A stretch of DNA of 25,860 nucleotides from a virus (taxonomy: Duplodnaviria; Caudoviricetes), in IMG/VR virus record IMGVR_UViG_3300032330_000451, positions 1 to 25,860 of that record. The stretch is one strand, 5' to 3'. Shown piece by piece: positions 19,186 through 25,860 of this stretch. The stretch's first letter is position 1; each line of letters starts with the position of its first letter. The translations under genes were made by a program, and so were the position numbers. The notes under the pieces were generated by a model. The model ran no database searches. It saw nothing but the letters and a program-made list of their open reading frames with translations, and was not told the DNA's origin.

Positions 19186-19704
19186 ATGGCAACAGGTCAA
19201 CAAAAAATACTATTAAAACGTTCCGGAGTATCGGGTTCAGTTCCTACAACCTCAAATATAGATTTAGGTGAATTAGCACTGAATACCTACGATGGTAAAG
19301 CCTTTATGCATAAATCGGGTTCTACGGATGAAGTTGTAGAATTTGTAGTTGCGGGTTCAACAACATCGGGTTCAATTAGAGTAACCGGAAATGTAACTGC
19401 GGCAAATTTTGTTGGTAGTGGTCAAGGATTAACAGGTGTTACGGCATCGATGAGACCTGATGACTTTGATTTTAACTCTGACCCGTTCGCAGGAACAATA
19501 GGATATATTCAAGGTAGTGGTTCTCTTTATAAAGTTGCTACAACAACAAGTTCAGTTGAATTGAGATATAATGATACTCCATTTGGAACATTTACTACAT
19601 CTAGTACAACTTTATATGGAATTGGTGACGTGTTGGCATTTAGTGGTTCCGTTGCAACAAGACTGTATGATATAGAAAATGCACTAAACGGAAGTGAGTT
19701 TTAA
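19186..19704 (+). CDS. Small fibre subunit with T4 gp37-like N-terminal module
   Basis: ILLKRSGVSGSVP...LGELALNTYDGKAF resembles the T4 gp37 N-terminus (IQFKRS..AG.RP...LAEGELAINL.D..IF); ends in LNGSEF. Confidence 0.75.
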   Translation: MATGQQKILLKRSGVSGSVPTTSNIDLGELALNTYDGKAFMHKSGSTDEVVEFVVAGSTTSGSIRVTGNVTAANFVGSGQGLTGVTASMRPDDFDFNSDPFAGTIGYIQGSGSLYKVATTTSSVELRYNDTPFGTFTTSSTTLYGIGDVLAFSGSVATRLYDIENALNGSEF

Positions 19705-19725
19705 TATTTTAAAATAATTATAGTT

Positions 19726-19755
19726 AAACCCCTCATAATAGGGGTTTTTCTTTTT
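19726..19755 (+). terminator. Rho-independent terminator
   Basis: AAACCCCT-CATAAT-AGGGGTTT perfect 8-bp stem followed by TTCTTTTT. Confidence 0.88.
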
Positions 19756-19760
19756 ATAAT

Positions 19761-19768
19761 ATATTTAT
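19761..19768 (+). promoter_or_regulatory. ATATTTAT(G) intergenic motif (candidate late promoter)
   Basis: Immediately after the terminator, the same arrangement as at 2824; followed by a perfect 14-bp palindrome. Confidence 0.55.
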
Positions 19769-19819
19769 GTTCGTAGTATATACTACATTTTTGTTAGATA
19801 ACTTTAAAGACTTAGCCAT

Positions 19820-20953
19820 ATGGCACAAATTGTTCAACTGAAACGTTCTTCGTTATCGGGTAAGGTACCTGATACAGGTTCCCTTAATTTGGGAGAATTG
19901 GCAATAAATACTTACGATGGTAAGATATACTTAAGACGTTCGGGTTCGACAGATACAGTCCAAGAAGTAATAACAACAAACACTACAAACACCGGTTCAA
20001 TAACTTTAATCGGTAATCAAACCATTACGGGTTCTTTGCAAGTTAGTGGCTCTACAACAATAAATTCACCATTAATAATAAGTGGTTCTACTGCAGCAGC
20101 GGGTATACTTTTTTCAAATGCAAGTTGGAATATTACCAATGCAGCAGGTACTGCAAATATAAAAGCAAACCAAAACACTTTTTTTGATTTCAATACATCA
20201 AATGGTGCACCTTTTAGATTTTATGTATCTAATGTTTTGGGGATGCATATAAATGGAACTGGAGCTTCTGTTATTTTACAAAGTACCGGTAGTATTGTAG
20301 ATAATGGTTTTAAATTACAAATTTTAGCAAGTGGTTCTCAAAACGCATTATATGTAAGTGGTTCATCCCAATTTACGGGTTCAATTATACAAAGTGGTTC
20401 ATTAACATCAATAGGGCCAAGTACATTTATAGGTAATATAACTCAAACGGGTTCATTATCAGTAAGCGGTGATATTACGGTGTTAGGCGCAGTTAATGCA
20501 AGACAATTTAATATTGGTATAATTTCTTCATCAATAATTTATCAAAGTGGTTCTACTAAATTTGGTGATACTGGGGATGATATAATGCAAATAACGGGTT
20601 CTTTACAAGTTAGTGGTTCACAAAGAATAACAGGCTCAGTGAATATAACTGGTTCATTGTTTTTAAATGGTGTTGCAGTATCTACTGGTAGTAGTGGAAC
20701 GACTCCAGGTCCAAATACTTTTGATTTTAATTTAGACCCACAACCCGCAGGAACAATAAATTATATAACTGACAATACTTCAAATACTCTTGCACTTGCA
20801 CAAACTGGTTCTTTTGATGTAACAATATCAAATGTAACAAGATTATCAGTTAGTTCATCAGCAATGTGGGTAACAACAGGTAGTATAACTTCAAACTATA
20901 TGCACTTAGCAAAATACATAAACACCGCAGGTGATTTAGATTTTAATATTTAA
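19820..20953 (+). CDS. Fibre subunit with T4 gp37-like N-terminal module
   Basis: VQLKRSSLSGKVP..LNLGELAINTYDGKIY, repeated GNQTITGSL / ITGSL beta repeats, SGSTKFGD.GDD motif; paralogous to 19186..19704 at both ends. Confidence 0.8.
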   Translation: MAQIVQLKRSSLSGKVPDTGSLNLGELAINTYDGKIYLRRSGSTDTVQEVITTNTTNTGSITLIGNQTITGSLQVSGSTTINSPLIISGSTAAAGILFSNASWNITNAAGTANIKANQNTFFDFNTSNGAPFRFYVSNVLGMHINGTGASVILQSTGSIVDNGFKLQILASGSQNALYVSGSSQFTGSIIQSGSLTSIGPSTFIGNITQTGSLSVSGDITVLGAVNARQFNIGIISSSIIYQSGSTKFGDTGDDIMQITGSLQVSGSQRITGSVNITGSLFLNGVAVSTGSSGTTPGPNTFDFNLDPQPAGTINYITDNTSNTLALAQTGSFDVTISNVTRLSVSSSAMWVTTGSITSNYMHLAKYINTAGDLDFNI

Positions 20954-20954
20954 G

Positions 20955-20963
20955 ATATTTATA
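20955..20963 (+). promoter_or_regulatory. ATATTTATA intergenic motif (candidate late promoter)
   Basis: 1 nt after the upstream stop codon and 20 nt before the ATG at 20984. Confidence 0.6.
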
Positions 20964-20983
20964 ACAAACAGAAAAGATAATAA

Positions 20984-23584
20984 ATGGCAGCTATATTTCA
21001 AATAAGGAGAGGTATATCAAATGTTTCACTAACCGATGGTGAATTATATTTACATCAAGGTAGTGGTTCATTACAATTTGGTAGTGGGTCAACAAAATAC
21101 AACACACTAACATTAGATGCTCCTGTAAAGGGTGATATAAATTTAATTGGTAATATATCTGCGTCTGGTGACGTTAGAATTGGTGGAAATATTTATTTAG
21201 GAGATAGTGCTGCAAGTGACAACATTTCTGCATTGGGTATTTTTACAACAAATTTGGTTCCAAATGGCACAATTGATTTGGGAACACCTTCTGCAAAATG
21301 GAATAATGTTTATGGTAATACAATTTGGGGAGCAATATCAGCATCAAATGGTGTGGTATCGGGGTCTTCACAATTGGTTAGTATATTGAGTTCATTGAAT
21401 TCATATACATCTTCACAAGATACAAAAAATACAACTTTAGCAGGAGTAACTTCTTCATTTAATGCTCACACAGCATCGGTAAACTCATTTACTTCATCAC
21501 AAGAATCTAAAAATGTAATCATTGGAAATTATACATCTTCAATGAATACATTTACTGCAAGTGTCAATGGACATATTTCGGATATCAATACTAAAACTGG
21601 TTCTTTTGAAGCTAAATGGTCAACTTTACAAAATGTAACTTCTTCGATTTTATCATATACCCAATCTTTAAAAGATGCAATAACAGTTACGGGTGTAGGT
21701 GCTTCATCAACCACTACAGTTAGAGGTAATTTATATGTGCAAGGAACGCAAACGGTTGTTGATTCTACAACATTAAACATCGCAGATAATGTAATAGCAT
21801 TAAGTGCCGCAGGAACTAATGATGGTGGATTGATAGTAAGAGATTCAACAGGTGCATCAACAACATCTGGTTCTTTACTTTGGGATGTAACAAATGACTA
21901 TTGGAAAGTAGGAAAATTAAATTCCGAATCTCAAATATTAACTGTAGGTGGAATGGATGTAATGAGTGGTTCATTACTTTCTTTAAACACATTTAGTGCA
22001 AGTGCATTAGGACATATTAGTGATATTAATATTAAAACTGGTTCATTTGAAACTAAATTCTCAACTCTTCAAACTTTAACTGCTTCAATGGCAGCTCAAG
22101 TTAGTAGATTACAAGAATCAACCGCATCTTTAAATGCATTTACTTCATCACATAATATATGGAGTAGTAGTATTGAAACTAAATTTACTACATTAGGAGC
22201 ATATACTTCTTCAATTGATACTAAATTTACAACTTTACAAAGTTATACTGCAAGTATTGATACCAAATTTAATACATTACAATCTTTAACTGCATCTAAT
22301 TTAAATAGATTTACAAGAATTGAAGAATCAACTGCAAGTTTAAATTTATTTAGTGCATCAATTAATGCATTTTATAATAATTTCACCGCATCTTTAGCAA
22401 ATGGTGGATTTAGTGCATCAGTAGATAAAAGATTAGATGATGTAGAATATACAGTAACTGTTTTAGACCCAGGTAATATTGGACAGGCATTGCTGGGAAT
22501 AAATTTAGTAACACAATCTTTACAAAATTATACCGCATCTGCAAATAGTAGATTTACAAGAATTGAAGAATCAACTGCAAGTTTAAATTTATTTACATCA
22601 TCAGTATTTGGCCATACAACCGATATTAATACATGGACTGCATCTGTAAAAGGACACATTGTAGATATCAATACCAAAACTGGTTCTTTTGAAACTAAAT
22701 TCTCAACTCTTCAAACATATACCGCAAGTATTGATACTAAATTTACAACTTTACAATCTTTAACTGCGTCTAATTTAAATAGATTTACAAGAATTGAAGA
22801 ATCAACTGCAAGTTTAAATGCATATACTTCTTCAAATGACACTACAAATACTAGTCAAAATACAAGATTAAATAGAATTGAAGAAAGCACGGCTAGTTTA
22901 AATTTATATACATCTTCAATTGCAACCGCATATGAAGGTAGAGCAACTGCAACCAAGACAATATTCTCAGGTTCATCTCAAATAAACTTTACACAACTTA
23001 GTGGAATTAGTGCAAATATAATCTCATCTTCATCGGATACATCAAATGTCGACATGATTATAGCAGGTGGTTCTATTTCAGCAAATTTATATGGTGGTGT
23101 GGTATCGGGTTCATCTCAAATATCATCACTATTACCTGCAGGAGTAGTAAGTGGTTCAATTCAAGTATTGGGTAGTTCTACTATAATGAGTGGTTCTTCT
23201 GGAAATTATCAATTTAATTCTATTGGAGTTGGAACTGCTGCATCAACAACCACAGGTGAAATTAGAGCAACCGGTGATATTACTGCATATTATTCATCTG
23301 ATATTCGTTTAAAAGAAAATATTACTCCAATTCCAAACGCTTTAGAAAAAGTAAATCAAATTAGTGGTAATACATATGATTGGAAAGATGGATATGATGA
23401 AATACATTCTCATAAAGGAAATGATGTTGGAGTAATTGCACAAGAAATTGAAAATGTATTACCTCAAATTGTGACAAATAGAGATAATGGATATAAAGCA
23501 GTTCAATATGAAAAAATTATTCCGTTATTAATTGAAGCAATAAAAGAATTATCAGCAAAAGTAAAGGAATTAGAAAACAAATAG
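20984..23584 (+). CDS. Fibre protein with C-terminal peptidase S74 intramolecular chaperone domain
   Basis: C-terminal SDIRLKENI..I.NALEKV..I.G.TY.WK...GVIAQEIE.VLP.IV....YK.V.YEK..PLLIEAIKEL (about 23297-23581) is the S74 signature; N-terminal FQIRRG..LTDGEL module; coiled-coil repeats shared with 14430..19160. Confidence 0.9.
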   Translation: MAAIFQIRRGISNVSLTDGELYLHQGSGSLQFGSGSTKYNTLTLDAPVKGDINLIGNISASGDVRIGGNIYLGDSAASDNISALGIFTTNLVPNGTIDLGTPSAKWNNVYGNTIWGAISASNGVVSGSSQLVSILSSLNSYTSSQDTKNTTLAGVTSSFNAHTASVNSFTSSQESKNVIIGNYTSSMNTFTASVNGHISDINTKTGSFEAKWSTLQNVTSSILSYTQSLKDAITVTGVGASSTTTVRGNLYVQGTQTVVDSTTLNIADNVIALSAAGTNDGGLIVRDSTGASTTSGSLLWDVTNDYWKVGKLNSESQILTVGGMDVMSGSLLSLNTFSASALGHISDINIKTGSFETKFSTLQTLTASMAAQVSRLQESTASLNAFTSSHNIWSSSIETKFTTLGAYTSSIDTKFTTLQSYTASIDTKFNTLQSLTASNLNRFTRIEESTASLNLFSASINAFYNNFTASLANGGFSASVDKRLDDVEYTVTVLDPGNIGQALLGINLVTQSLQNYTASANSRFTRIEESTASLNLFTSSVFGHTTDINTWTASVKGHIVDINTKTGSFETKFSTLQTYTASIDTKFTTLQSLTASNLNRFTRIEESTASLNAYTSSNDTTNTSQNTRLNRIEESTASLNLYTSSIATAYEGRATATKTIFSGSSQINFTQLSGISANIISSSSDTSNVDMIIAGGSISANLYGGVVSGSSQISSLLPAGVVSGSIQVLGSSTIMSGSSGNYQFNSIGVGTAASTTTGEIRATGDITAYYSSDIRLKENITPIPNALEKVNQISGNTYDWKDGYDEIHSHKGNDVGVIAQEIENVLPQIVTNRDNGYKAVQYEKIIPLLIEAIKELSAKVKELENK
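22063..22122 (+). repeat. 60-bp exact direct repeat, copy 2
   Basis: Identical to 17723-17782. Confidence 0.9.
22277..22819 (+). repeat. 69-bp near-identical intragenic repeat (22277-22345 and 22751-22819)
   Basis: One mismatch in 69 nt; its 40-41-bp core (tagatttacaagaattgaagaatcaactgcaagtttaaat) also occurs at 16394 and 22549. Confidence 0.88.
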
Positions 23585-23593
23585 ATATTTATA
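23585..23593 (+). promoter_or_regulatory. ATATTTATA intergenic motif (candidate late promoter)
   Basis: Directly after the TAG stop, 51 nt upstream of the ATG at 23645. Confidence 0.6.
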
Positions 23594-23644
23594 GGGGTAT
23601 AAGAAATTTTTTATACTTTAAACTAAAAAAAAGAGTAAACTAAA

Positions 23645-25860
23645 ATGGGACTTAAATTTAGACGTGGTACGAACGCACAAAAATCTGGTTCGTTAGCATT
23701 TGGAGAACCTTATGTAAATACAGACCTAAATACATTGATGGTCGGTGGAGCAAGTGGAGATATTACATTAGCAACTACCATAGCAGCTGGTGCATATGCA
23801 ACAACAGGTTCAAATACATTTATAGGTAACCAAACAATAACTGGTTCATTAGCAGTAAGTGGTGATTTAACATTAGGTGGTAACATCACAATTGGTGATT
23901 CAACTACTGATAATGTTGTTATTAACGCAGATTTGAGTTCATCATTAATACCAAACGATGATAACGCATTTGACATAGGTAGCACGTCAAAAAGATATAG
24001 AAACATATATGCACAAAATATTAGTTCATCTTTATTAACAAATGTAACAGGTTCTAGTGACAAATTAGCATATTTTAGTGAAAATAGCAAAGTAACATCA
24101 TATGTTAACTCTTTCATTGGTTCTCAAACATTTGGATTAGGAACATCTGCAACTTCATCTGGAGCACCTGAAAGATTGATGGTTGACAATAGTGGATTGA
24201 ATTCATATAATATTGCAACTTTTCAAACATCTCAACAAAATCAATACGCACAAGTTAATATTAAAAACTTTGGTAGTGGTTCAAATGCTTCTACTGATTT
24301 AGTATTGTGGAATGATGCAACAACTGAAAATACTTCATATATAGATTTGGGTATAAATTCATCAAATTATTCTGCAGGTAATGTTGGATATAATTCAGAT
24401 GGTTATTTATACACAAACGCAAATGACCTTTATATTGGAGCACTTGCAACTGGTTCACATGGACATTTACATTTATTTGCAGGTAATTTATGGAGTTCTT
24501 CATCTATTACTGTTTATAGTGATGGAACGGTTGGTGTTAATACTGAAAAATTAAATACTTCAGCTTCATCAATTCCAACACCAGGATTTGCAATGGAAAT
24601 TAGTGGTGGTGTTAAATTTGACAATTCAATAGAAGTAACTGGTAGTGTTAGAGCAACATCTTTTGTGGGTTCAATAGGAGCAACAAATGGAGTAGTATCG
24701 GGTTCATCACAAATCGTTGGAATATTAAGTTCATTAAACACTTATACTGGTTCAAATGATACAACTAATACTGCACAAAATAATAGATTAAGCAGATTGG
24801 AAGAATCAACTTCATCATTAAACTCATTGACGGGTTCATACGCAAAAACAAATTCGACAAACATATTTACAGGTAACCAAACAATTACAGGTTCTTTATT
24901 TGTTAGTGCAGATTTAGTAGTACAAGGTTCATCGTCTATTCAAAACATTAGTTCTTCAAATTTAGTAATTGGAGCAGCATATGTAACTTTAAATACAAAC
25001 TCTCCATCATCTAGATTTGCGGGATTATTGATTATAGATAGTGGTTCAGCTGGCACATCAGGTTCAATATTATATGATGCAGTTGATGATGAACTTTTAT
25101 TTATTCATAAAGGAAATGGAACAAACGTAACATCATCTCATTTTTTATGTGGTCCTGAAACATACGATAACGTAGGTAATGAAATTTATTTAACTAAAAA
25201 TAGAGTATTAAAAGGTGGTGGATATGAGCATTTGGCTGATTCAAATATTAATGATGATGGAACTACTATTTCATTAAACGCAAATACGGTAGTAACTGGT
25301 TCATTAAGAGTATCAAATGGTATCAATGGAACAATCAACGCATTTAACGGAGTAGTATCGGGTTCATCTCAAATTACCGGCCTTTCTAATGCACAATTAA
25401 CAAATAGTTCAATTACAATTGCAGGAACATCAACTGCATTAGGTGGAGCAATAACTGCAGAACAAATTAGAACTGCAATTGGAACAGTAGTAACGGGTTC
25501 AGCACAAATAGATGGTTCTTTATTGGGTTCAAACAAAACAATAACAATTGGTTCAACAGGAATTACATTAGGTGGAAGTGCAACAACAATAGCAGGTTTA
25601 TCATCAGTAACTTCAACTGGATTTACAGGAGCATTAACTGGTAACGCATCAACTGCAACTACTTTACAAACTGCAAGAAGTATTAATGGTGTTTCATTCA
25701 ATGGTTCGGCTGATATTACAGTAACTGCAGCAGCGGGAACTTTATCAGGTGCAACATTAGCATCGGGTGTAACGGCATCTTCATTGACATCGGTTGGAAC
25801 ATTGAGTTCTTTAACAGTAACAGGAGCAATAACTGCAAATGGTGGTGTAACAGTAACCGG
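23645..25860 (+). CDS. Fibre protein, 3'-truncated (not in the supplied ORF track)
   Basis: MGLKFRRGTNAQKSGSLAFGEPYVNTD...YATTGSNTFIGNQTITGSL... stays open to the window end (>738 aa). Contains the common tail-fibre motif GNASTATTLQTARSINGVSFNGSADIT (about 25639) and a module shared with 14430..19160. Confidence 0.88.
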   Translation, partial: MGLKFRRGTNAQKSGSLAFGEPYVNTDLNTLMVGGASGDITLATTIAAGAYATTGSNTFIGNQTITGSLAVSGDLTLGGNITIGDSTTDNVVINADLSSSLIPNDDNAFDIGSTSKRYRNIYAQNISSSLLTNVTGSSDKLAYFSENSKVTSYVNSFIGSQTFGLGTSATSSGAPERLMVDNSGLNSYNIATFQTSQQNQYAQVNIKNFGSGSNASTDLVLWNDATTENTSYIDLGINSSNYSAGNVGYNSDGYLYTNANDLYIGALATGSHGHLHLFAGNLWSSSSITVYSDGTVGVNTEKLNTSASSIPTPGFAMEISGGVKFDNSIEVTGSVRATSFVGSIGATNGVVSGSSQIVGILSSLNTYTGSNDTTNTAQNNRLSRLEESTSSLNSLTGSYAKTNSTNIFTGNQTITGSLFVSADLVVQGSSSIQNISSSNLVIGAAYVTLNTNSPSSRFAGLLIIDSGSAGTSGSILYDAVDDELLFIHKGNGTNVTSSHFLCGPETYDNVGNEIYLTKNRVLKGGGYEHLADSNINDDGTTISLNANTVVTGSLRVSNGINGTINAFNGVVSGSSQITGLSNAQLTNSSITIAGTSTALGGAITAEQIRTAIGTVVTGSAQIDGSLLGSNKTITIGSTGITLGGSATTIAGLSSVTSTGFTGALTGNASTATTLQTARSINGVSFNGSADITVTAAAGTLSGATLASGVTASSLTSVGTLSSLTVTGAITANGGVTVT

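Noticed and set aside
17723-22819. Diversity-generating retroelement template/variable repeat pair
   Set aside because: No reverse transcriptase in the window, the repeats lie in stalks rather than C-terminal tips, and differences are absent or synonymous rather than adenine-specific.
16040-22900. CRISPR array suggested by recurring ~40-bp gaagaatcaactgcaagtttaaa units
   Set aside because: The copies are in-frame coding repeats, irregularly spaced and degenerate, with no unique fixed-length spacers and no cas genes.
343-25701. Many short minus-strand ORFs (e.g. 343..687, 6776..7108, 9173..9631, 23710..24117, 25369..25701) and the + ORF 21207..21389
   Set aside because: All lie within long, well-supported + strand genes and look like antisense or alternate-frame shadows of biased codon usage, with no recognisable motifs.
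1-25860. Stop-codon reassignment as seen in some large phages
   Set aside because: Genes of several kb are intact under the standard code with near-complete coding density, and TAG ends the S74 gene at the expected domain end (23584). There is no positive evidence for recoding.
6564-25860. Bacterial serine-rich adhesins or autotransporters, i.e. a host chromosome locus
   Set aside because: No signal peptides, LPXTG anchors or beta-barrel ends; the capsid/neck context, gp37-type modules and S74 domain indicate phage fibres.

Overview
AT-rich bacteriophage virion-morphogenesis region, entirely on the + strand, from a large T4-superfamily-like (probably jumbo) phage. Gene order: 5'-truncated acidic prohead scaffold, gp23-family major capsid protein, terminator, gp13-like neck, gp14-like head completion protein, gp15-like tail terminator with a C-terminal extension, two small proteins, then about 19 kb of eight consecutive Ser/Thr/Gly-rich fibre-like genes. 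The last fibre gene starts at 23645, runs off the window and is missing from the ORF track. Fibre domains include C1q/TNF-like modules, T4 gp37-type N-terminal modules, coiled-coil repeats and one peptidase S74 chaperone. Most notable: (1) a [S/T]-[G/A/S]-S tripeptide saturates predicted virion-surface protein regions but is nearly absent from internal or cleaved parts, suggesting a modification sequon; (2) an intergenic ATATTTAT(A) motif, the reverse complement of the T4 late promoter, precedes six genes; (3) the fibres look like a plug-and-socket chain (short C-terminal IDGGxY-like peptide followed by a gene beginning with a KRS/RRG..GEL module). A-rich starts without Shine-Dalgarno sequences hint at a Bacteroidota host. 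All family assignments come from motif recognition by eye; no searches were run.
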